Positions 1-7,909 of a stretch of 32,000 nt of DNA are shown here, one piece after another. Under the pieces are notes generated by a model. The model searched no databases, was not told where the DNA came from, and saw nothing but the letters and a program-made list of their open reading frames with translations. Positions within the stretch are counted from its first letter, which is position 1; every line of letters begins with the position of its first letter. The translations under genes were made by a program, and so were the position numbers. Source of the DNA: Candidatus Saccharimonadota bacterium. GTDB taxonomy: Archaea; Nanohalarchaeota; Nanosalinia; Nanosalinales; Nanosalinaceae. The stretch covers positions 60,001-92,000 of the forward strand of contig NZ_CP180230.1 of assembly GCF_047555085.1 (NCBI RefSeq). The letters run 5' to 3'.

Positions 1-750
1 AACCAGCTAGTTACATCCGCTACAGAAGAGATCAACGTATCTTCGGAGCATTTGAGGCCCGGAATCAATAATTTCAAGGTAGGAACTAACAAGGGAGGCC
101 TCCTGGGATCCACAGAATATGCCTTAGAAGATGTAGAGGCCTATGTGCATGATAGAAGATTCAATGATCACAGGGACAACTTCCAGATATACCAGTACGA
201 GTTAACTGACTTTGTAGGAGCTAATCTAAGCTTCAACATTCCTGTAGATTCTTCAGTAGTTACAGAGCCTCTTGAAATAGATGTCAACGGTAATGAAGTC
301 TTCAGCGAAAGATCTGTAAGATCAGATCAATCTGTATCAATAACACCATCCAACTCAAATCTTAATCCAGGCTACAATACTGTAACTTTCTCAACAGAAG
401 CTAATGCCAGATACACGCTTGAAAATGCGCAGATGGCAGTAAGATATATCGGCACTACGCAAGGAGTTGAAAGAGATCTAGACTTCGAGCTTTCAGAGCA
501 AGATCTATCGTTCGTAGAGCGTGAAACTACTGCTGAAACTCTGAAGTTTGATTACCAGTTCCTTACCGGAGACAGAGAAATCAGGTTCACGTTAAATGAC
601 TATAATACTAGTATAAGTCCTGATAATGGGGAGAACGTTCTAGACATTCCTGAAGAAGTTTTCAGGGAGGATAATACTTTGAGTATCGAGGGGCAGGGAG
701 CATTCACATTAAATGATTTGACTCTTAGCTCCGAGGTGACAGAAGAGTGA
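1..750 (+). CDS. C-terminal part of a hypothetical acidic, probably secreted protein; the CDS enters from upstream of the window
   Basis: Track ORF 52..750 begins at a TTG, but the same frame is open back to nt 1 (NQLVTSATEEINVSSEHL...), so the gene is most likely 5'-truncated by the window edge. The TGA stop at 748-750 overlaps the GTG at 747-749 of the next gene (GTGA), which suggests translational coupling. No family recognised. Confidence 0.6.
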   Translation, partial: NQLVTSATEEINVSSEHLRPGINNFKVGTNKGGLLGSTEYALEDVEAYVHDRRFNDHRDNFQIYQYELTDFVGANLSFNIPVDSSVVTEPLEIDVNGNEVFSERSVRSDQSVSITPSNSNLNPGYNTVTFSTEANARYTLENAQMAVRYIGTTQGVERDLDFELSEQDLSFVERETTAETLKFDYQFLTGDREIRFTLNDYNTSISPDNGENVLDIPEEVFREDNTLSIEGQGAFTLNDLTLSSEVTEE

Positions 751-3659
751 GTCTGAAAGGCTGGGCAATCGCAATAATCCTTTCACCTTTCACTCTAGGC
801 CTCTCGGTACCGCTTTATTTCTGGTACTGGTTCCTGAAGAAAATCGGCAAATGGTACATCAGAGGCCTCAAAATATTCTTCCTGATGCCAGCCGCGATAG
901 TGCTGTACATAATAGCGCGCATAATAGAGGCTATAGTCGGCGACGTCGAATGGCTGGTATCAATATTCACAGGCGGTATACGAAACATGGAGGCTCAGGG
1001 AGACTCTGCGATTTCAATTCCAGGCCTCAGCCAGTTTAAGCTACGCTACATTGCAGCCTTTGCAGTAGCACTTTACGTTGACTTTGTGCTTTTCATCCAG
1101 CCCCTGGTGTCTGGAGGAGTCCCTGAATTTTCCTTTGCAACTTTCACAAGCTTCTTCGCTGTAGGCCTGCCATTTATCGTTCTTGTAATTTTCAGTGGCC
1201 TTATCAACAAATGGCAAGGAGCAGATATTTCTGGTTCGACTAAAAAACTTGCAGGATCGGGTGTGGCAGCAGGAGCAGGAGCAGCAGGAGCTGCTGCCGC
1301 AGCACCTGGTGAGGCGGTAGGAAGTGCTGCAGGAGGAGCCGCTAATGCTGCCGGCGCTGCAAAAGATGCAGCAGAAATGTATGAAGATATTGAAGTTGCA
1401 GAAGCAGCAGAGACAGTCAGTGCAGGAGGTGCAGAGGCGGCTGGAGCTGAAGGAATAATCGCAGCTGTAGGTGGATCTTCGGTTGCAGCTGTAGGCGGTC
1501 CGATTCTACTGGCTGCTATTGCAGCGTGGATAATATACAGTATAATTGCAATTGTGATCTCTATAATTCTCCTGGGAATGACTTGGGGTTATGTATCACA
1601 GCTACTTCCTATAATTGCAGGGCCGATAATGGGGGCTATAGGCCTAGGCTCATCATATGCCAACTGGTTTGGAGAGAGTACTACTAATCAGTTCGCTCCA
1701 CAGGTTGATACAGCCTTTGCCGAAGAAAAACGCGCCATTCAGCAGGTAGGTGCCAGACTGGGATGTGTCCTAGAAGGCCCACAGTGTCTAAGACAGTGGA
1801 GAATGAACAATACGGTAAGGCCTGGTTCAGAGGCTGTAGGAGAAACTTATGAGCTCAGCATCGATCAGTTTGGACTAGGTGTGGAAAGAATAGATACTGC
1901 ATACAAGGAAGAAAATTATGTTTTACCTGTTAATTTCCTTGTTTCAAATGCTCGTAATGGCTTGAAAGGTATTACGGCCCGTGATGTGAAGTACAAGATA
2001 CTGATAAAGGATGCAGACAAGACTTACTGCAGTACATCAGGTGATAACGGACAGGAATGGCGTTCAATAACTTCGCAGGGCCTGACAGGTGATGATATAC
2101 AGCAGGCGAACTATATTCTGCCAGGTTTGGGTGTATCTCCTACTCAGTCCTTGGAAGAGCTTAATCTGGCTGACTGTGAACTCCTGCAGCCTTCTATGGG
2201 GGTCAACAGGGTTATGGAGCTTCAGTTGAAGTATAATTACTCTTCGCAGGCAACACTGTATTTCGATGCAATGTCAAGAGAACATCGTAGAGAGCAGGGG
2301 ATGCAGCCAGGGTTTAAAGAGTCTGAGACTGCAAAGACGCCTGTACAGTCATATATCAACGTACAGTCTCCTGTAACATACTATGAGACAGAAAACGGCG
2401 ACAGGAGAGCCGTACCGTTCTCAGCAAGGTTCGGATTTGAGACTCCGGGTGCAAGTGCAGAGTACAAGATCGATCCTGAATCGATAGAGATCAGGGATTC
2501 GTCTCTTACAGCACCTACTTCACAGTGCTCCGGTTTAAGCGATTCACCTGAAGGTGAAAATGTATACACTATATCTGAGGCAGCACAGAACCGGATTATT
2601 CTGCGCCAGAATGAAGGATGGTTCTCTAACAGGGTATCTCCGGCACCGCTCAGATGCACAATGACTCTGTCCGAGCCAGAACAGATAAGCCCAACAGGAG
2701 AAGAACTGATAATGAGGGTAGATGCAAACTATACTGTCAAAAAGACCACACAGATGGAGTCTTTCTCTGTCTGGAATACAGCATGCAATCGTGTTACATG
2801 CCCTCTAATAGTTACAGAACAGTACAATGAATCATCAGATAACAATCTATTCTTTACTTGCAGTTCCGGCAACTCAGTAGACTCCCGAGATGGATGTAGC
2901 GTCAGAGTTCCTGCAGAAGATGATGGAATCAATGGAATTAACTGGCAGATGGTAACTCTGGCTGAAAGAGGAGGATCTGATATAATTATAGAATCTGGCA
3001 AGAAAGCAGTACAGGTCAGGCCTTTCCTAGAGGATTTAAGACAGCGTTTCGATATGGAATCAGGATTCACACAAGGTAATCAGGATACACATGCACTGAT
3101 CACTGACTTTGAAAGCGAGCAGAATCTCTGGCCTGAAATGCCTGTCGGTGTAAGCGAACAGAGAGTTGACAATGCGATCTCACAGTACGCTGGAGCAGGC
3201 CTTGCAGTGTATGAGAACATGGGCAGTCTCAATAATCTCAGATTCAGAGGCCTTTCAGGGGCTCTGTGTGAACAGCAGTATACTCTTGACGTAGGAAGCG
3301 GCTCCAAGGAACAGGCCGTTCAGGATTACAGGACTGAGTGGTTGAATGATTACGGAGACAGAACCAATCTGTTCATGTTCCAGACATCTATAGTTGACTG
3401 TGAAAGAAGCATAGGACAGTATCTGGTTGACAGTGGAAGCTGCAGTGTAGAACAGGGAGGGAATCTTCTGGGTGCAGCAGGACAGTTCCTGGATCCAACG
3501 CAGTCAGTAGACAGCGATCAGTTCAGCAATGTAGAATCGTGCATGAACAACGCACAGAGAGTTAAATCATGCAGTCAGGGAAGCTCACAGAACGAGATAG
3601 GAGTCCTGATAAGATCTGGAGGAGAACTACAGTGCTACGGAGGAACGTTCCAGAATTAG
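747..3659 (+). CDS. Large polytopic membrane protein (970 aa) with an N-terminal multi-TM region, an Ala/Gly-rich low-complexity tract, a second TM cluster and a ~630-aa Cys-rich, presumably extracellular, domain
   Basis: Long ORF whose GTG start overlaps the upstream stop. Hydrophobic helices include WAIAIILSPFTLGLSVPLYFWYWFL, IFFLMPAAIVLYIIARII and ILLAAIAAWIIYSIIAIVISIILLGM. The AG tract reads AAGAGAAGAAAAAPGEAVGSAAGGAANAAGAA. The C-terminal hydrophilic domain has 16 Cys by my count. No family recognised. Confidence 0.8.
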   Translation: MSLKGWAIAIILSPFTLGLSVPLYFWYWFLKKIGKWYIRGLKIFFLMPAAIVLYIIARIIEAIVGDVEWLVSIFTGGIRNMEAQGDSAISIPGLSQFKLRYIAAFAVALYVDFVLFIQPLVSGGVPEFSFATFTSFFAVGLPFIVLVIFSGLINKWQGADISGSTKKLAGSGVAAGAGAAGAAAAAPGEAVGSAAGGAANAAGAAKDAAEMYEDIEVAEAAETVSAGGAEAAGAEGIIAAVGGSSVAAVGGPILLAAIAAWIIYSIIAIVISIILLGMTWGYVSQLLPIIAGPIMGAIGLGSSYANWFGESTTNQFAPQVDTAFAEEKRAIQQVGARLGCVLEGPQCLRQWRMNNTVRPGSEAVGETYELSIDQFGLGVERIDTAYKEENYVLPVNFLVSNARNGLKGITARDVKYKILIKDADKTYCSTSGDNGQEWRSITSQGLTGDDIQQANYILPGLGVSPTQSLEELNLADCELLQPSMGVNRVMELQLKYNYSSQATLYFDAMSREHRREQGMQPGFKESETAKTPVQSYINVQSPVTYYETENGDRRAVPFSARFGFETPGASAEYKIDPESIEIRDSSLTAPTSQCSGLSDSPEGENVYTISEAAQNRIILRQNEGWFSNRVSPAPLRCTMTLSEPEQISPTGEELIMRVDANYTVKKTTQMESFSVWNTACNRVTCPLIVTEQYNESSDNNLFFTCSSGNSVDSRDGCSVRVPAEDDGINGINWQMVTLAERGGSDIIIESGKKAVQVRPFLEDLRQRFDMESGFTQGNQDTHALITDFESEQNLWPEMPVGVSEQRVDNAISQYAGAGLAVYENMGSLNNLRFRGLSGALCEQQYTLDVGSGSKEQAVQDYRTEWLNDYGDRTNLFMFQTSIVDCERSIGQYLVDSGSCSVEQGGNLLGAAGQFLDPTQSVDSDQFSNVESCMNNAQRVKSCSQGSSQNEIGVLIRSGGELQCYGGTFQN
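1251..1500 (+). repeat. GCA/GGA/GCT-rich low-complexity DNA encoding the Ala/Gly-rich tract of the 970-aa protein
   Basis: Runs such as gcagcaggagcaggagcagcaggagctgctgccgcagca. The tract is locally GC-enriched and looks like an imperfect trinucleotide microsatellite. Confidence 0.6.
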
Positions 3660-4450
3660 ATTAAATGGAATAGATTTCTTACTGCTATTCCAAGGCCTAA
3701 AGCCGCTATTACAAACAGGTAAAACATTTTCTCTTCCCCTTCAACTTCCTTATTTATGATCAGTACTGCAGGAACAACTGCCAGAGTCTTAAGCAAAAAT
3801 ACTCCGTAAGGCCCGAAAACTTCGATAAAGTAACTGGCCACGATATGCTGCTCACTTGCTCCAAATCTCAATGCCACTGCAGTCGTTGTAGCATCAAGAT
3901 AATGCATAGCCACAGGAGCAACTATTTCAAGAGAAAGGAAATCCGGAGAAAACTTCTTTAGAATGGCTATACCGGGAATAAGCCAGAGAGATGTGATTAA
4001 AGCAGTCAGGCCTACAGCGTGAAAGTTCTCTATATTATGTGCGCTCAGTGAGATAACTGAAAGAAAAAGGCCTAGCACAAATACTGTTCGAGTGTAGTCA
4101 ATACTTTTCCATTTCTCCAGTTCTTTCCCTACAAACACGGCTACAAGGACACATGCTACAATAACTGAGATGAGGACAGGAGTATACGTCAGGAATACTG
4201 TTGCAGTCTCTCTAATTTCTGCTGAGGATAGTATGCCGCCCAGAACTATCCAGGGGCTGAAAGATATGAATAATTTTTTGCTGTACTCTACACCAAGCTT
4301 TTCTAGCGCTGGCTTCACTAGGTATATTATCCCAGCTGCGAAAAAAACTGCATAGAAAAAAGTGTTGTACATATTGTACGGCGCCACTGATTCATCAAAT
4401 ACGGGTCTCAGGAGTTTCTCCAATACAAAGTTTTTAACATCGGAGAACAT
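3656..4450 (-). CDS. Polytopic membrane protein, possibly of the archaeal DUF63 family
   Basis: 264-aa ORF with about 7 hydrophobic segments. The N-terminal region (APYNMYNTFFYAVFFAAGIIYLVKPALEKLGV...SPWIVLGGIL) resembles my recollection of the DUF63 signature. Its stop overlaps the stop of the convergent 970-aa gene by 4 nt (3656-3659). Confidence 0.6.
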   Translation of the reverse strand: MFSDVKNFVLEKLLRPVFDESVAPYNMYNTFFYAVFFAAGIIYLVKPALEKLGVEYSKKLFISFSPWIVLGGILSSAEIRETATVFLTYTPVLISVIVACVLVAVFVGKELEKWKSIDYTRTVFVLGLFLSVISLSAHNIENFHAVGLTALITSLWLIPGIAILKKFSPDFLSLEIVAPVAMHYLDATTTAVALRFGASEQHIVASYFIEVFGPYGVFLLKTLAVVPAVLIINKEVEGEEKMFYLFVIAALGLGIAVRNLFHLI

Positions 4451-4455
4451 AGTGT

Positions 4456-5466
4456 ATGTATATGGATCAGCGATTTACAGTCTTAACTTTACTGATTTCG
4501 GTAGTTGTTTTTTCTGGCTGTATCGGCGGAGGAGGAAACACTTCCAGCGGAGGAGGCCAGGCCATAACAGTTACAGGTATACAGGCCCAGCCGACTGAAA
4601 TATTTGCAGGAGAAAATGTAAGAGTCAGTGCAGGCCTGAAAAATACGGGCCAACTTCCAGCGGAGGTGCTTGTAGGAGATCAGGGCTCACAGATTATGAC
4701 AAGCCACTGTCCTGACATATTCGATGTTGCAAGTTTCTCGGCCACTAGTTCAAATGTCTCCGAGACAAGACAATCCTACGATCTGGCATCTGATTACGAG
4801 GTAAGGCTTAACTGGAATCTCGCCCAGACAAGCGACGATGTACCTCTCAATGGATACAGATGCAATCTCAGATTTGAAGTGCCTTTTAACTACAGTGTAG
4901 AATCCTTCAGCCAGATCCAGATCAAGGAAAGTTCAGAAGTAGACGGTGCAGAGCAGCTTTTCTCACAGACATCTAGAGGCCCGCTTGATATAGAGATCGA
5001 AGCCATAGGAAGCAGCGCTCCAAGTGGTGCTCCAACATTTATCGATGGAGACGGTGCCGAAGTGCTTGTAAGACTTGTAAATCAGGAGCCAACACAAAGC
5101 TCCTATACAGGAACTATCAATCTGAAGCCTCCGGTAATGATAGCAAGAGGGATACAGTTCAGTGAAGTAGATATAACTCAGGATAATGTCGAGGCCGCTA
5201 AAGTCATAGCAAGAAGACTGCCAGATATGGATCCTGGAGATATACAGGCCGGAGATCAGGTGAGGATGTGTCCTGATCCGGATACATTAAGCGGCAATGC
5301 AGGCCTCGCATTAAGCGAGGGCCAGTCAAAGATTTTCAGATGCGGCCTTGAATGGGATCTGAACAATGCTCCAAGTATAAGAGGAGAGATCTTTGCACGT
5401 TCAGACTACACATTTGTTAAAAACGCAGGAAACCAACAAATAAACGTGAGGTACCGTGGACAATAA
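4456..5466 (+). CDS. Putative lipoprotein, paralogue 1 of 3 (336 aa)
   Basis: The signal peptide ends in a lipobox-like FSGC (LLISVVVFSG/C). A Gly/Ser linker follows, then a beta-rich domain with a CARDB-like strand (GLKNTGQLPAEV). There are four further Cys. An alternative in-frame ATG lies at 4462. Confidence 0.75.
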   Translation: MYMDQRFTVLTLLISVVVFSGCIGGGGNTSSGGGQAITVTGIQAQPTEIFAGENVRVSAGLKNTGQLPAEVLVGDQGSQIMTSHCPDIFDVASFSATSSNVSETRQSYDLASDYEVRLNWNLAQTSDDVPLNGYRCNLRFEVPFNYSVESFSQIQIKESSEVDGAEQLFSQTSRGPLDIEIEAIGSSAPSGAPTFIDGDGAEVLVRLVNQEPTQSSYTGTINLKPPVMIARGIQFSEVDITQDNVEAAKVIARRLPDMDPGDIQAGDQVRMCPDPDTLSGNAGLALSEGQSKIFRCGLEWDLNNAPSIRGEIFARSDYTFVKNAGNQQINVRYRGQ

Positions 5467-6334
5467 ACACATAATTCTAGGCCTTATAGCGTTTACAGTA
5501 ATTGTATCAGGATGTTCATCAGTTACAGATGCATTACCTTCAGGAAACTCTAATACAGATTCTCAGCCCGAGCAGATACCGGGTAAAGGCCTTGAGGTAA
5601 CAGGTTTCAGTATATCCGATCAGACACTTTCTCCTGGACAGACAGCTGAAGTGACTCTGACGATGCAGAACTATCACAGGGAGGAAATCGAGCTTGGAGA
5701 AGTCACTCTGTATGATCTTGGGCCTCTGCTTACGAAGGAGAAACAGGGATGTACTCCGGATGAAGAAGATCTGGAGGCGGCTACCGATAATGTAAATCCT
5801 ATTATCGAATGTTCATGGGAGCTTACAGCACCTTCAGAAAACATGGTGGGAGGCTTCTCACAGAGAAGCGCATCTTTCACAGCCAACATCCCATATGAAA
5901 CAAGTATTCAGAACTACAGGCCTCTCAAGGTAGAGTTCAGGCCTCTTCAGGATATCAACAGTACCAGTCAGAAGTCTATCTCGTTCACTAACGGCGAAGT
6001 AGATGTACAGGCCTCTGTAGAGACGCCTGTAGCTTTCGGGGAGCAGAAGACGATTTCATTTAATCTGAAGAGAGCTGGAGATGGCCGTGTTGATGAAGAG
6101 TACAGTTTCGATTATCAGCCGGTCGCTGTGTTTGATCTTAACGGCGATGATGAAGTCACAGGCGAAGGTGCAGAATGTCCTGAAAGCGATGAAGTCATTC
6201 TGGGCGGCGGTTTGGACTTCAGCTGCTCTATAAGCATGGAAGGAACGAGTAGCGAGGTAAGAAACGTCTTTTTCACCGCATCTTATAAATACGTCAAATC
6301 TCCAACTTTGGGTATAACTATCGTGAATGAATAA
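5456..6334 (+). CDS. Putative lipoprotein, paralogue 2 of 3 (292 aa)
   Basis: The GTG start overlaps the upstream gene by 11 nt. The signal peptide carries a VSGC lipobox (LIAFTVIVSG/C). The first domain is CARDB-like (VTLTMQNYHREEIELGEV). There are four further Cys. Confidence 0.75.
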   Translation: MDNKHIILGLIAFTVIVSGCSSVTDALPSGNSNTDSQPEQIPGKGLEVTGFSISDQTLSPGQTAEVTLTMQNYHREEIELGEVTLYDLGPLLTKEKQGCTPDEEDLEAATDNVNPIIECSWELTAPSENMVGGFSQRSASFTANIPYETSIQNYRPLKVEFRPLQDINSTSQKSISFTNGEVDVQASVETPVAFGEQKTISFNLKRAGDGRVDEEYSFDYQPVAVFDLNGDDEVTGEGAECPESDEVILGGGLDFSCSISMEGTSSEVRNVFFTASYKYVKSPTLGITIVNE

Positions 6335-7332
6335 TGAATCTAGCTGAGAACAAGACGATTCTGGCACTTCTTTTCGCAACAGTAATAATTTCAGGATGTA
6401 CTGGTGGAGGTTCGACTGAACAGGATACCTCGACTTCAGCAGTGCAGGTAAATGAGTTCTCGGCTTTCCCTAATCCAACGCCTAGTGGACAGAACACAAG
6501 GTTCAGGATGCAGGTAGAGAACGTTGGCGACCACGATGCTGAGAATGTTTACGCACAGCTTTATGGTCCTCCGTTTGCATCTGAGGATGGACAGTCTAAT
6601 ACATGGAGGTCAAGTGGCGGAGATGCTGTAAGTAGCTCCGATAGGCTTCTAGAGTTCTCTGATCTTTCAGCTCCGCAGGAGAATACTCCTTCAACACCTT
6701 CAACTCAGACTGTGACGTTTACAGCTCCTGAACTTGATGACGGCCGTGAAATCGGGTACAATATGCGTGCACGGCTTATGTACAAGTACGGGACTGATGC
6801 GACTTCAGAGATCCAGGTTATGGGAGAAGACGCATATCAGGAGGCAGGTAGTCCTCAGGGATCTGCAACAATCCAGAACGACGATGGTCCTGTACAGATG
6901 GAAATCAGAACACCGACTCCGATAGCTATCTACAACAGCGGACAGGACTCTGTAGAAAAAGAGCTGTGTGTTGTAGTCAGGAATCAGGGAGCAGGAGTGC
7001 CTTTCACAGATGACGATGGCGATGACACAGATGCATTCAAGGGAGAAGGAAACGGATACAATCTGGAAGAAGTTCAGGAACACACCAACAAAGTCAAGCT
7101 TACAATAGAGAATGTTGGAAGAGTAGAGTTCCGGAAAGACGATGACGGAAGTTATGATGAATCTGTTAGCTCCCAGACGAAAGAAATCATAGGAGGAAGA
7201 GCAGTAGTCTGCTGGGATATGAGAATCCAGACAGGAACATCAGCTCTGGATACAACAATCCCTCTAAGCATCGAGAGCACCTACTTCTACAAGCAGGAAA
7301 GCTCCTCAGCAGTCACAGTACAGGGCCGCTAA
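6334..7332 (+). CDS. Putative lipoprotein, paralogue 3 of 3 (332 aa)
   Basis: The ATG overlaps the upstream TAA (aataATGa). The signal peptide carries an ISGC lipobox (LLFATVIISG/C) followed by TGGGS. The first domain is CARDB-like (RMQVENVGDHDAENV). There are two further Cys. Confidence 0.75.
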   Translation: MNLAENKTILALLFATVIISGCTGGGSTEQDTSTSAVQVNEFSAFPNPTPSGQNTRFRMQVENVGDHDAENVYAQLYGPPFASEDGQSNTWRSSGGDAVSSSDRLLEFSDLSAPQENTPSTPSTQTVTFTAPELDDGREIGYNMRARLMYKYGTDATSEIQVMGEDAYQEAGSPQGSATIQNDDGPVQMEIRTPTPIAIYNSGQDSVEKELCVVVRNQGAGVPFTDDDGDDTDAFKGEGNGYNLEEVQEHTNKVKLTIENVGRVEFRKDDDGSYDESVSSQTKEIIGGRAVVCWDMRIQTGTSALDTTIPLSIESTYFYKQESSSAVTVQGR

Positions 7333-7360
7333 AAGGCCTCAACATTTCTCTTATCTCATT

Positions 7361-7376
7361 TTCCCTTTTTCTGTAA
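7361..7376 (+). terminator. Putative oligo-T archaeal terminator after the lipoprotein operon
   Basis: T-rich tract ttcccttttt ctgtaa, 30-45 nt after the stop at 7330-7332. It contains the 10-mer TTTTCTGTAA, which also follows the gene ending at 19575. Confidence 0.45.
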
Positions 7377-7456
7377 AAATTTATCCGGACTATATCTGAT
7401 TTTTCAAGGCCTTATCTGAAAAACATATTTAATTGTTGTTATTTAACGTTGGTAAC

Positions 7457-7900
7457 ATGACAGATGGGGAGGAGGAATCTGAATTTTCAAGACGTGGATT
7501 TGCATATGTTGTAGGAGGCACTCTGGCAGCTACAGCAGCCTCTGGATGGTATCTGAAAGATATTCTTAACGGTATTTTTGAGAAAAGAGATGAGCCGGGA
7601 AACTTTGGGGAATCAACTTCAACTCCGCCGGGAACGCCGGGAGACAGGCCTTCCGATCAAACTTATGAGGATTGGGAGGACGCTATCCCTGCAGGATGCA
7701 GCCTGCCCCAGAGCTACGAGACCGCAATTGAGGAAGAGATCGATAAGTACGACGAGCTTCAGAGTGAAAACCTGACAGAATACGTCAATACTGGAAGAGT
7801 CAAATTCGAGAAAGATGGAACTGAAGGGTACATGATAATCGACGAAGATGATGATGGCCAATACGATCATGGCCGTTCTATTCCAGGAATGTGTAAGTAG
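7457..7900 (+). CDS. Small acidic secreted protein with a twin-arginine (Tat) signal
   Basis: Track ORF 7433..7900 starts at a TTG. I prefer the ATG at 7457, which gives MTDGEEESEFSRRGFAYVVGGTLAATAASG. The SRRGF motif followed by a hydrophobic stretch matches the Tat consensus S/T-R-R-x-F. The mature part is acidic with 2 Cys. Its TAG stop directly abuts the next gene. Confidence 0.65.
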   Translation: MTDGEEESEFSRRGFAYVVGGTLAATAASGWYLKDILNGIFEKRDEPGNFGESTSTPPGTPGDRPSDQTYEDWEDAIPAGCSLPQSYETAIEEEIDKYDELQSENLTEYVNTGRVKFEKDGTEGYMIIDEDDDGQYDHGRSIPGMCK

Positions 7901-7909
7901 GTGGGTGAA

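Noticed and set aside
7898-7900. In-frame TAG between the 155-aa ORF and the 1737-aa ORF (same reading frame), considered as possible stop-codon readthrough or pyrrolysine
   Set aside because: The downstream ORF begins immediately with its own complete Sec signal peptide (MYRKLILALCIAGLVSLASA), which makes sense only as an independent N-terminus. A shared frame happens by chance one time in three. There is no Pyl-related evidence in the window.
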